Shown piece by piece: positions 56,023 through 64,000 of a stretch of DNA of 64,000 bases; position 1 is the stretch's first letter; every line of letters starts with the position of its first letter. The stretch covers positions 15,697-79,696 of the forward strand of contig CAZAOV010000001.1 of the NCBI GenBank assembly GCA_964486995.1. The letters run 5' to 3'. Origin of the DNA: an uncultured Gammaproteobacteria bacterium (GTDB lineage: Bacteria; Patescibacteriota; Patescibacteriia; SG8-24). The translations under genes were made by a program, and so were the position numbers. Under the pieces are notes generated by a model. It was not told where the DNA came from. It saw only the letters and a program-made list of their open reading frames with translations, and ran no database searches.

Positions 56023-56625
56023 TCAACGCACACTACTGAAGCTTCTATATACTAATTCGGACATCGCCTCGTGTTTGCCAGACATTCCATCAATGCAGGC
56101 CCTTAGGTAGTCTGGTTCGTCCCAATCGACCTCCGGCAGCCCCAAGCTTGCTACCAGCAAATCAAGGAACAGTCGAATCGTTCGTCCGTTCCCTTCACGG
56201 AACGGATGTACTGCATTGAACTCGTTATGTATGAAGGCAATCTTGTTGGCAATTTCCTTCTCACTGTCTTTTTCCGTCGGAAGGCTGCCTTCTAGAGCCT
56301 GACTTAAAGTATCCATTGAATCCCGCAAATGCGCGACCGGCGCAAATAACATGTCGTCTTTAGATATATCGACACGCCGCAATTCACCAGCCCAGTCATA
56401 CAACGGACCCAAAAAATACTCGTGAATAGAAAAAAGTAGCGCAACATTGAATGCCACATTTCCCTGCTGCAGCAGGCCGAAGAAATGCTCGTATGCGTCC
56501 GCCAACAGAATGGTCTCCGCATCCTCCAGCGACTGCTGATCCGTGATGCCAAGCCTGTTTTTCAGCACTCCGTTCACCAGACCTGCATCCTCATCACTGA
56601 CGTTATATCGAGAATGCTCGGCCAT
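56023..56625 (-). CDS. Fic/Doc-family (Fido) protein, putative AMPylating toxin
   Basis: Canonical Fic motif HPFREGNGRTIRLFL (HPFx[DE]GNGR). Confidence 0.8.
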   Translation of the reverse strand: MAEHSRYNVSDEDAGLVNGVLKNRLGITDQQSLEDAETILLADAYEHFFGLLQQGNVAFNVALLFSIHEYFLGPLYDWAGELRRVDISKDDMLFAPVAHLRDSMDTLSQALEGSLPTEKDSEKEIANKIAFIHNEFNAVHPFREGNGRTIRLFLDLLVASLGLPEVDWDEPDYLRACIDGMSGKHEAMSELVYRSFSSVR

Positions 56626-56752
56626 TTCCCTTCAGTTTCTTAATAATGGTCGCATTCTTTTTTGCTCGCGAAAGACTCATGCCCTCGATTTTTGATGAGC
56701 GTGCTACCGCTTGCCGCAGATCATTCATGGTGGCTTTCTTTCGTTTTGCCAT
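56603..56752 (-). CDS. Putative small antitoxin carrying the Fic inhibitory helix motif (VbhA-like, class I Fic TA)
   Basis: A 49-aa ORF not in the ORF track (MAKRKKATMNDLRQAVARSSKIEGMSLSRAKKNATIIKKLKGNGRAFSI). It contains S-S-K-I-E-G, i.e. [ST]xxxE[GN], and overlaps the Fic start by 23 nt in another frame. Confidence 0.5.
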   Translation of the reverse strand: MAKRKKATMNDLRQAVARSSKIEGMSLSRAKKNATIIKKLKGNGRAFSI

Positions 56753-56801
56753 ATCGCTTTATACTGTAATTATGGTTATATTTTAGCAAAAATTTAGCAA
56801 C

Positions 56802-57290
56802 TTAGCAACTCCTTATCTTTCGTATAGTTGGCCAAAAAAGGAAGTGGCAATTGCTTTCACTTACATCTAGAAATCTCACCCATTCAACTGACTTAACCTC
56901 TCCGTCAATGACTGATTTTGGCGTACCCTCTTTACCTTCAACAATTTCCACTTGATGCATCATGGCAACGACATGATAAAACCTGTCGTCTTTTTCTATG
57001 TGCAAATATCTTTCTGCTAAATCGTAAAATTCAGATGATTTAACCTTGTATCCAGTCTCCTCTAGAACCTCTCGATGAAGAGCCTCTTTAACGCTTTCGC
57101 CCATATCCATCCCACCACCAGGAAACGCGTACAAACCATGATGGGGCCTGACCATCAAGATTGAGTCATCTCGGATAATCACGGCATAAACCGTCGGTCG
57201 CCAAAAAATTTCTACGTCGGCCGGGATTTCTTTTTCAATCCCTTGATTGTCATCAAAATAATTCATACTCATGCATCCTATCACACCCAA
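56802..57290 (-). CDS. NUDIX hydrolase
   Basis: Nudix box FPGGGMDMGESVKEALHREVLEETG. Confidence 0.75.
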   Translation of the reverse strand: MGVIGCMSMNYFDDNQGIEKEIPADVEIFWRPTVYAVIIRDDSILMVRPHHGLYAFPGGGMDMGESVKEALHREVLEETGYKVKSSEFYDLAERYLHIEKDDRFYHVVAMMHQVEIVEGKEGTPKSVIDGEVKSVEWVRFLDVSESNCHFLFWPTIRKIRSC

Positions 57291-57351
57291 GCTTTAATTG
57301 ATTACTATTAAAGCAATCAAAAATCCCCTGCTAAAATTAGCAGAGGATTTT

Positions 57352-57425
57352 TGGCAGGGGCGGCAGGGATCGAACCCGCAATAAAGGTTTTGGAGACCCT
57401 TGTGATACCATTTCACCACGCCCCT
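57352..57425 (-). tRNA. tRNA-Trp (CCA), 3'-CCA encoded
   Basis: Folded manually: acceptor AGGGGCG/CGCCCCT, anticodon loop CTCCAAA, T-loop TTCGATC. Confidence 0.85.
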
Positions 57426-57689
57426 ATGAATTGCGTTTGGATGTTACCTTAGGATTTGGGGTTGTGCAAGGCTATTCGAGCGGCCTATCTGCTGAACTGA
57501 ATCCTTACCGCAATTCGAAGTCCGGGGTCAGTACGACGGGTTGATTGAGTGTCTGGTGCGTTTATGTGGATTTTTGCCTCCGCAGGAATGACATGAGGAG
57601 GACGAGAAAATCAAGCAAGAAGATCGTTGCCGAACAATCAAGCACGTGACGCTTAAACGGCGGTTGCCCGCCGTTTTTTCGCTTGATTG

Positions 57690-57845
57690 CTACTTAGTTT
57701 CCTTGTGCAGCACGTGCTTCTTGCACCACTTGCAAAACTTTTTCATCTCCAAGCGGTCTTTCAGCGTTTTCTTGTTCTTGTGGGAGAAGTAGTTGATGCG
57801 CTTGCATCCAGTACACTCCAACTTCATCAAATTATCTTGAGACAT
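57690..57845 (-). CDS. rpmG: 50S ribosomal protein L33
   Basis: A 51-aa ORF below the ORF-track cutoff ([51 protein letters not shown]). It has the CxxC...CxxC zinc-ribbon pattern of L33 and lies between tRNA-Thr and tRNA-Trp. Confidence 0.8.
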   Translation of the reverse strand: MSQDNLMKLECTGCKRINYFSHKNKKTLKDRLEMKKFCKWCKKHVLHKETK

Positions 57846-57930
57846 ATTCTTTGCTGTTCATTACGGCAACGACCTTAGCCGATTTCCGTCATTTTGTCCA
57901 GTCCCGAGACTAAGCTCGGCGTACTATTTC

Positions 57931-58007
57931 TGGAGCCACCTCGCGGATTCGAACCGCGGACCTACTGTTTACAAAACAGTTGCTCTGACCAGCTGAGCTA
58001 AGGTGGC
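57931..58007 (-). tRNA. tRNA-Thr (TGT), 3'-CCA encoded
   Basis: Manual fold: acceptor GCCACCT/AGGTGGC, anticodon loop TTTGTAA, T-loop TTCGAAT. Confidence 0.85.
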
Positions 58008-58056
58008 GCAATCTTCACGAAGGCTTCGTGGTGACTGGCGACGCCAGCTGAAGCCT

Positions 58057-58141
58057 TGGTGAAGGCTGGTGGGCAGGGCTGGATTCGAACCAGCGAAGGC
58101 GTAGCCAGCAGATTTACAGTCTGCCCCGTTTGACCGCTTCG
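58057..58141 (-). tRNA. tRNA-Tyr (GTA), long variable arm, 3'-CCA encoded
   Basis: Manual fold: acceptor GGGTAGG/CCTGCCC, anticodon loop CTGTAAA, variable arm about 18 nt. Confidence 0.8.
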
Positions 58142-58409
58142 GTACCTACCCGTGATTTTACAATTTGCTTTAAATGACTTTCCGCCCTTGGGCGATTTTA
58201 TCTTCAACTCTCGCTTTCGCACGTCAGTTTTATCTAGATGTTCTTCAGCATATACCAGCGTCCATGGTCGATATGCTTTAGTTGATCTGACACACCCGGA
58301 ATTACGCTATCGCAATCTCTTTTTTAATGTCAGCGGTGTAACCAATATGATACCGACCTCGTGCCTTACTGGATAGTATATAGACAAAATATCGCATAAC
58401 GAATCTAGA

Positions 58410-58485
58410 TGGAGCCGACGATCGGACTTGAACCGATGACCTACTCCTTACCATGGAGTTGCTCTACCAGCTGAGCTACGTCGGC
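58410..58485 (-). tRNA. tRNA-Thr (GGT), 3'-CCA encoded
   Basis: Manual fold: acceptor GCCGACG/CGTCGGC, anticodon loop ATGGTAA, T-loop TTCAAGT. Confidence 0.85.
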
Positions 58486-58553
58486 ACGTAAGTGCTATTC
58501 GTCTATGCGATATAGTATTTTTTATTCGATATTTCTTGAATTGTCAATCTGCG

Positions 58554-59468
58554 TCAAACGAGAACTTGCTCCGCCGCATCTTCTTCCTCTTCCACTGAAA
58601 TCTCGTCAATTCGCTTCTGCAGGGAATCCAGCTTTTTATTTTCGGGATTAGCGGTCCGCAAGCGCTCCAAACTTCCCATAGCCCTTTCCTTATCGCCCTC
58701 TATTATACACGCTTCCACCAAAGAATCAAGATGTCGTGGATTTGCCGGCTCGAAAGATACCGCATACTCTAATCCCACCCTAGCTGAAACAAAATCTTCG
58801 ACCTCAGAGCAGGCTTCAGCAAAGTTAGCATATTGCTTTGCAATGTCCGTATGAGCCGCCTTACCGGCTGGACAGCTGTCGGCAAACGCCTCGAATCGCG
58901 GCACCGGTACGCCCTTAAGCTCGGATACCGCTTGCTTGCAATATTTCTTCACCAGCAGCTTCACCAAAAACGCATAGATATCACGCGCCCGATCCCAGCG
59001 CTTTATTTCCAAATACAGATTCCCCAAATCGCGATACACGTCCTCGTTCATCTCGTCCAGCGCCACCACCTCAATCAGCTTTTTTTCCGCTTCGCCGTAC
59101 TTCTCCGCTTGTATCAACTTAGTGGCGTCCTCGCGCAGCCTATCGGCCTGACTGATTTTTTTATTCTCAGGCAGTATTTTTTCATTACGAAATTGCCGAT
59201 CAATGGTGAGCAATTTTTTTACCTGTCGCCGAAAAGCATCACGAACCTTAACTCCAAGAGGTGTCAAAAAAGATAAAATTCCGCCCGACCATTTTTTCGC
59301 CGCACGGCGTACTCGTTCGTCCATGATCTGTCGCTTGCGTGCCAGGTCACGCTCCTTGGGGATCACTTCGGTGTTAATCAAAATCAACTGCGGAAACTTG
59401 CTTCCGATGATTGCCGCAATCGTCACTAGGCAGGCAATGATAATTCCTAGGCAGACGAAATAAAACAT
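58554..59468 (-). CDS. Membrane-anchored TPR-like repeat protein, hypothetical
   Basis: N-terminal TM (FVCLGIIIACLVTIAAIIG), then a helical repeat region with TPR-like YxxLGxxY/AxxxF spacing. Confidence 0.45.
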   Translation of the reverse strand: MFYFVCLGIIIACLVTIAAIIGSKFPQLILINTEVIPKERDLARKRQIMDERVRRAAKKWSGGILSFLTPLGVKVRDAFRRQVKKLLTIDRQFRNEKILPENKKISQADRLREDATKLIQAEKYGEAEKKLIEVVALDEMNEDVYRDLGNLYLEIKRWDRARDIYAFLVKLLVKKYCKQAVSELKGVPVPRFEAFADSCPAGKAAHTDIAKQYANFAEACSEVEDFVSARVGLEYAVSFEPANPRHLDSLVEACIIEGDKERAMGSLERLRTANPENKKLDSLQKRIDEISVEEEEDAAEQVLV

Positions 59469-59470
59469 AG

Positions 59471-60253
59471 TTACATTGCGTAAACTATTTTGGCCATTTT
59501 AATAAATTCATCGGCCTTCAAAGATGCGCCGCCGACCAGCGCCCCCTCAATGACTGGGATATCCAAAAACAATCCGATATTACTGGAGTCAACCGAGCCA
59601 CCGTAAATCACGAAGCAGTTATTGTCGACCACGTCAGTCGGATACATATCACTGAGCTCGTCGCGAATCAGCTGATGCGCCTCGGCTGCATCGTTCGAAT
59701 CCACAGCTTTTCCTGTGCCGATAACCCAAACCGGCTCGTAAGCGATAATCACTCGTTGATGGCCGACCGGTCGCAAATTGCCGTCACCGAGCGCTTTACG
59801 CACCTGTTCAATCACTACGGCGTCGCGCTTGCCGGCGTCGCGCTCCTCCTGAGTCTCGCCAACACAAATTATCGGATTGATGTCGTGTCGTAGCAGGGCT
59901 CCAACTTTCTTGTTTACAATCTCATCGGTTTCATTTAGGTATTTACGCCGCTCCGAGTGACCAACGATGCAAAACTTACAACCCAACTCCTTGAGCGTGA
60001 CCGGAGAAATCTCACCGGTGTAAGCACCCTCGTCTTCCCAAAAAGAATCTTGACCGCCGAGCGAAATACCGGCGCCGCGAACCATATCGGCGACATTACT
60101 GAGCGCCAAGTGTGACGGACATAAGACCATTTCTATCTTTGGGGAGTCCGCCTCATCGGACGGCAAACTCTTGGCGATTTGCTTAGCCAAAGCCTCGCTC
60201 TCGCTTTCGTTGAGTTTCATCTTCCAGTTAGCGATTAGATATCTTGTGCGCAT
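59471..60253 (-). CDS. tpiA: Triosephosphate isomerase
   Basis: IANWKMK, HSERR, AYEPVWVIGTGK, YGGSV. The start is set at MRTRYLIANWKM (60253); the ORF track extends to 60370 through the promoter-region repeats. Confidence 0.85.
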   Translation of the reverse strand: MRTRYLIANWKMKLNESESEALAKQIAKSLPSDEADSPKIEMVLCPSHLALSNVADMVRGAGISLGGQDSFWEDEGAYTGEISPVTLKELGCKFCIVGHSERRKYLNETDEIVNKKVGALLRHDINPIICVGETQEERDAGKRDAVVIEQVRKALGDGNLRPVGHQRVIIAYEPVWVIGTGKAVDSNDAAEAHQLIRDELSDMYPTDVVDNNCFVIYGGSVDSSNIGLFLDIPVIEGALVGGASLKADEFIKMAKIVYAM

Positions 60254-60351
60254 ATGTATCTCGAGTATAGATGTGTAGCAGTGTAGGTGTGTAGAAGACC
60301 TACACACTTGCGCATGGAGTCTGCTGCAAATGAGCGGGTCTTCTATACTTC

Positions 60352-60383
60352 CACGCTTCCACGCTTCCACGCTTCCACGCTTC
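60352..60383. repeat. Tandem 8-mer repeat (cacgcttc x4), flanked by direct cttctatact repeats
   Basis: ccacgcttccacgcttccacgcttccacgcttc, in the region upstream of tpiA. Confidence 0.85.
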
Positions 60384-60398
60384 TATACTATTAAACTG

Positions 60399-61685
60399 TT
60401 ATCTTAGCTCGCTTATAGCATCTCTAAACATCTTACCATCTTTATACGGTCCGATGATGGCCATGGATAGTCGGTTGCGGCGGAAAATATCTTGAGCCGC
60501 CTTACGAACATCGTTGCGAGTTACCGAAAGAATCGCTCGAATCCTATCCTCGGGCGTGCAGACTTTTCGCGACAGCAGCTCCTGCTTGGCAAACCAATCG
60601 GCCTGCCGGCTGGAATCTTCCATGGCTAGCAAGGTTCTTCCTTTTATATACTCTTGAGCCCGATGCAGTTCCTCGGCTGTCACCAATTTCTTTTTTATCT
60701 TGGATAGCTCGCTCAGTATCAATTCATGCGCTCGACTAACCCGATCTTTTGCCAGGCCAGCTTGAATAGATAAGTCGCCAATATCCTGATAGGCACCCGG
60801 AACTGCCCGGATGTAATAACACAAACCCTCGCGCTCACGCACGCTCGTAAACAATCTCGAGCTCATGGTTCCGCCGAGTACTGTGGCCAGCACCTTGAGC
60901 GCTGGCATGCGGGAGTCATCATATTTATAGGCTGGAAACGAAATGGCAGATTGCACCTGCTCGGTGTCGCGCTCGTGAATCCGAATGCGCGGTTTGCGAT
61001 AACCGGCCTTGGACAAACTAAATTTTTTGTAGCCGCGCGGTCGGCCATTAGCTTTGGTGCGACCAAAGCTGTTCTCCAGCATAGACAGAACCTCTAGCTC
61101 ATCAAACTTTCCGGCCACGGCCAGCACCGTTCGAGAAGGCACATAATAGCTATCGCGGTAATCAATCAGGTCGCGCCGCGTTAATCCGTTGACTGTATCT
61201 ACGATACCCCCAATGCGTTGCCCCAACGGAGAGCCGCGGTATATTTCTTCCTCAACCAGCTCCCCGACCAGCATCATGGGATTGTCTTCGTACATCCGCA
61301 GCTCTTCTAGGATTACTTGCCGTTCAGAATTGATGTCGCGCGCCCGAAACGCCGAATGATAAATCATGTCTTCGAGCATGTCTATGGCTAGACCGATCTT
61401 GCCAGACTGCAGTTTGATGTAGTAACCGGTGAAGTCTTTGGCGGTGAAAGCGTTATAGTCAGCGCCGACCGAATCCAAATCGCGCGCTATGTCCAGATTG
61501 GTCGGCCGACGACGCGTTCCCTTGAACATCATGTGCTCGATGAAATGTGACGCGCCGTTCAACGCCATGCTCTCATACCTCGAACCCACCTCATACAAAG
61601 CCAAAACGGTCGCCGCTGCCGTGTCGGCATGCGGAACCGTGATAACGCGGATTCCATTTTTGAGCCTATGCTTTTGGAAATTCAT
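60399..61685 (-). CDS. M16-family (pitrilysin/insulinase-like) zinc peptidase
   Basis: Inverted zinc motif HFIEHMMFKGT (HxxEH) and a downstream Glu. Confidence 0.8.
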   Translation of the reverse strand: MNFQKHRLKNGIRVITVPHADTAAATVLALYEVGSRYESMALNGASHFIEHMMFKGTRRRPTNLDIARDLDSVGADYNAFTAKDFTGYYIKLQSGKIGLAIDMLEDMIYHSAFRARDINSERQVILEELRMYEDNPMMLVGELVEEEIYRGSPLGQRIGGIVDTVNGLTRRDLIDYRDSYYVPSRTVLAVAGKFDELEVLSMLENSFGRTKANGRPRGYKKFSLSKAGYRKPRIRIHERDTEQVQSAISFPAYKYDDSRMPALKVLATVLGGTMSSRLFTSVREREGLCYYIRAVPGAYQDIGDLSIQAGLAKDRVSRAHELILSELSKIKKKLVTAEELHRAQEYIKGRTLLAMEDSSRQADWFAKQELLSRKVCTPEDRIRAILSVTRNDVRKAAQDIFRRNRLSMAIIGPYKDGKMFRDAISELR

Positions 61686-61782
61686 TCAGTTGTTTGTGTA
61701 GAGGTTTAGAGGTATAGAAGTTTAGAAGGTCGTATTGCTCAGCATGGTCACCCTGCTATACTTCTACACTTCTACATAATAA

Positions 61783-63180
61783 CTATGACAATCGTACTTT
61801 TTCTTCGAGCAATGCCGGCAATTCCTCAATCGCCACCCGCTCCTGTTCCATAGTATCGCGATCGCGGACCGTCACCTTGTTGTCTTCTGAGGTGTCGAAA
61901 TCGACGGTGATGCAGAACGGTGTGCCGATTTCGTCTTGACGACGATAACGACGGCCGACTGAACCGGATTCATCGTATTGAACCATGAATTTCTGCGACA
62001 ATGTGTCGAAAATTTCTCCGGCGATATTTTTCAGCGGCTCCTTCTTGGACAAAGGAAGCACCGCGGCCTTGATCGGCGCGATGGCCGGATGGAACCGCAA
62101 CACGGTCTCGACATCCTTGGCCGATTCGGTCGTGGTAGTGCGTCCACCATCTATCTCTTCATAAGCATCAATCAAAAACGTCAACACCGACCGGTCCAGA
62201 CCGAGCGCCGGCTCAATCACATACGGCGTGTATTTCTCGTTGGTCTCCGGATCGCGGTAAGTCAAATCTTCACCGCTGTACTCAGCATGCTGCTTCAAAT
62301 CAAAATCGGTTCGGTTGGCGCAGCCCCACAGTTCGCCCCAACCCCACGGGTACTTATATTCTAAGTCCACCGTGCGTTTGGAATAATGCGACAGCTTTTC
62401 CTTGGGATGCTCGTAATAACGCAGGTTCTCTTCCTTGACGCCCAGCCCGGCGAACCACGTATGCATGAAATCCTTCCACTGCTCGAACCAATCCTCGTCG
62501 GTGCCCGGCTTCACAAAAAATTCCATCTCCATCTGCTCGAACTCGCGCGTGCGAAAAATAAAGTTCCCCGGCGTAATTTCGTTCCTAAACGACTTACCGA
62601 CCTGCGCGATGCCGAACGGCAGTTTGAGGCGCTGTGTCTGCTGGACATTTGCATAATTCACAAAAATCCCCTGTGCGGTCTCGGGTCGCAGATACACCTC
62701 CGAAGCTTCGTCCTCGACAGGACCCATATGAGTCTTGAACATCAGGTTGAACTCGCGGATGTCGGTAAATTCACCACCGCAATCCGGACAGCGTAAATCC
62801 TTGAAGTTAACTTGCTCCTCTTTTAGGCCGGGCATTCCGGCAACATGTGCCTCCACCAGATGATCGGCACGAAACCTTTTTTTACAGCCTTTGCAGTCAA
62901 CCAGCGGATCGGAAAAACCCTGCAAATGACCGGATGCCTCCCAAGTCTTGGGATTCATTATTATGGCTGCATCCAGGCCGACAATATCCGGCCGACGCTG
63001 AACCATAGCCGTCCACCAAGCCGCACGCACGTTATTTTTGAGCAAAACGCCGAGCGGGCCGTAGTCGTAAGTCGATCCCATGCCACCGTAGATTTCGGAG
63101 CCGGGAAAAAGAAAACCGCGTCGCTTGGACAGCGATACGATTTTATCCATTAGTTCGGGTTGTTTTTTTGCGTTAGTCAT
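61783..63180 (-). CDS. glyQS: Glycine--tRNA ligase (class II, homodimeric type)
   Basis: [28 protein letters not shown], motif 2/3 regions, and a C-terminal anticodon-binding domain. Start chosen at MTNAKK (63180); the ORF track extends to 63198. Confidence 0.9.
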   Translation of the reverse strand: MTNAKKQPELMDKIVSLSKRRGFLFPGSEIYGGMGSTYDYGPLGVLLKNNVRAAWWTAMVQRRPDIVGLDAAIIMNPKTWEASGHLQGFSDPLVDCKGCKKRFRADHLVEAHVAGMPGLKEEQVNFKDLRCPDCGGEFTDIREFNLMFKTHMGPVEDEASEVYLRPETAQGIFVNYANVQQTQRLKLPFGIAQVGKSFRNEITPGNFIFRTREFEQMEMEFFVKPGTDEDWFEQWKDFMHTWFAGLGVKEENLRYYEHPKEKLSHYSKRTVDLEYKYPWGWGELWGCANRTDFDLKQHAEYSGEDLTYRDPETNEKYTPYVIEPALGLDRSVLTFLIDAYEEIDGGRTTTTESAKDVETVLRFHPAIAPIKAAVLPLSKKEPLKNIAGEIFDTLSQKFMVQYDESGSVGRRYRRQDEIGTPFCITVDFDTSEDNKVTVRDRDTMEQERVAIEELPALLEEKVRLS

Positions 63181-63390
63181 ACGGAAATAAGGTAACACGA
63201 GGGGGTAATGGGGGCAAGATTAGAAACGTGCTTCTGGAGTTCGTGAATTTTAATTAATGTGCCCCCGCAGTCGAATACTCTAATATATTTTAGAAAGCAC
63301 GCAAAGGAAACCTTGCTTACGACTCCTGAACTCTATAAACAAAAACCACCCAAGGGTGATTTAGGGTGGCAAATATCGAAAACTGTCTTA

Positions 63391-63636
63391 CTAGTTGGTG
63401 GCGGCGTCCTCCTTCTCCTGCTGCTGCCGGGTGACCTCAGCGTGAAAGCCCTCGATGAAAGACTCCGCCGCGCCGCATACCAGCAACTCATCATGGGGGT
63501 ATGCATCATCGGGACCAACCAGGGCCGCGATCGGTTTTTCGCCGATGAAAAACTTGATCACTGCCGCGATGCGCTCCTGCATACCGCACTTCCAAGCCTC
63601 GAACCGACTCACTGGCGCCAAAAGCTGACTCTGCAT
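63391..63636 (-). CDS. Small hypothetical protein
   Basis: RBS aagggag 8 nt before the ATG (MQSQLLAPVSRFEAWK...). Preferred over the overlapping plus-strand ORF 63259..63726, but uncertain. Confidence 0.3.
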   Translation of the reverse strand: MQSQLLAPVSRFEAWKCGMQERIAAVIKFFIGEKPIAALVGPDDAYPHDELLVCGAAESFIEGFHAEVTRQQQEKEDAATN

Positions 63637-64000
63637 GTTGTTATCTCCCTTACCCCTCACGGGGCTGCCCGTTGTTGGGCTGACTTTGTAATCTACACTA
63701 TTTCGCTCAACGTGTCAATGCTTTAACCACCATACGACCATTGGATTAAGGTTCGGTGGATTTGTTTTCGCTGGCTATGCCGACCGGGCGGCTGGGACGT
63801 CGGATAGGGGCGTAGCTGCAGAGCTCGCCTCTGCCCGTAGCGGCATGCGCTCGCCGGACCGGGCAAGGGCGAGTCCCATCGCCCAGGATAAATAAAAAGC
63901 CGCCCATTACGGACGGCCTTGAAGCTCAGATATCCTCCTTTGGAGTGTGAATCGGCTTCTGTGGCAGCGGCGGTGGCGTCATCCTGGGGTCCGTACCAAC

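Noticed and set aside
60352-60383. Possible CRISPR array (tandem repeats near 60350 and 61700)
   Set aside because: The repeat units are only 8 bp, contiguous, and have no spacers. No cas genes are present in the window.
63259-63726. 155-aa plus-strand ORF
   Set aside because: No RBS, odd composition, and it overlaps an RBS-supported minus-strand small ORF (63391..63636). Neither is strongly supported; the plus ORF is judged less likely.
63730-63960. tmRNA, RNase P RNA or SRP RNA in the GC-rich terminal segment
   Set aside because: Conserved motifs (tmRNA GGGG...TTCGACGGG 5' end or tag reading frame, RNase P GGAAAGTCCGG/ACAGAACCCGGCTTA, SRP domain IV) are not seen on either strand.

Overview
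This 64 kb window looks like a bacterial chromosome segment. All family assignments below come from reading motifs in the six-frame translations by eye; no searches were run.

(1) Bases 1 to about 20650 are a polysaccharide-biosynthesis island on the minus strand, apart from one plus-strand UDP-xylose synthase gene. It encodes GT2, GT11 fucosyltransferase and GT47 exostosin-like glycosyltransferases, five or six SAM methyltransferases, and a Wzm/Wzt ABC exporter. It also carries the GDP-fucose pathway (gmd, fcl), the UDP-xylose pathway (short UGDH-like gene plus UXS), a sulfotransferase, and a bifunctional ATP-sulfurylase/APS-kinase (PAPS synthase). Together these suggest a sulfated, O-methylated, fucose/xylose-containing glycan. 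The island also carries decay scars: a GT11 pseudogene next to an IS30 transposase remnant, and an internally deleted epimerase gene. Its core (about 3.3 to 12.7 kb) is much more AT-rich than the rest of the window.

(2) Bases 20.7 to 33 kb are GC-rich. They hold a second GT2 plus sulfotransferase pair, then a tight plus-strand module: a hypothetical protein, a radical-SAM enzyme, and a fusion of an N-terminal nucleoside-2-deoxyribosyltransferase/DNPH1-like domain with a C-terminal NUDIX domain. Three copies of a 40-bp REP-like palindrome are interleaved here, two of them flanking an IS200/RAYT-type Y1 transposase. Downstream come a CobW/COG0523 GTPase, a membrane-anchored protein with thrombospondin-type-3 Ca-binding repeats, and three tandem, translationally overlapping full-length SWEET/PQ-loop-like 7-TM paralogs.

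(3) Bases 33 to 53.5 kb hold a two-component cluster (two CheY-like receivers flanking a PNPOx-like gene, plus a 7TM-PAS histidine kinase), a type IV pilin, M28 peptidase, CaCA antiporter, ArfB, ABC-F, an SPFH protein, a Cys-rich acidic secreted protein, a DEDDh exonuclease, and a 1425-aa protein of unknown function.

(4) Bases 54 to 57.3 kb look like a degraded island. It contains a reverse-transcriptase C-terminal fragment and a Trp-rich protein, flanked by 35-bp direct repeats, then a Fic toxin with a small upstream antitoxin bearing the SxxxEG inhibitory motif, then a NUDIX hydrolase. This block sits next to tRNA-Trp in a truncated Thr-Tyr-Thr-rpmG-Trp tRNA/ribosomal block (rpmG is not in the ORF track). 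tpiA, an M16 peptidase and GlyRS follow.

Several families of short intergenic hairpin repeats recur across the window. No CRISPR array or rRNA was seen.
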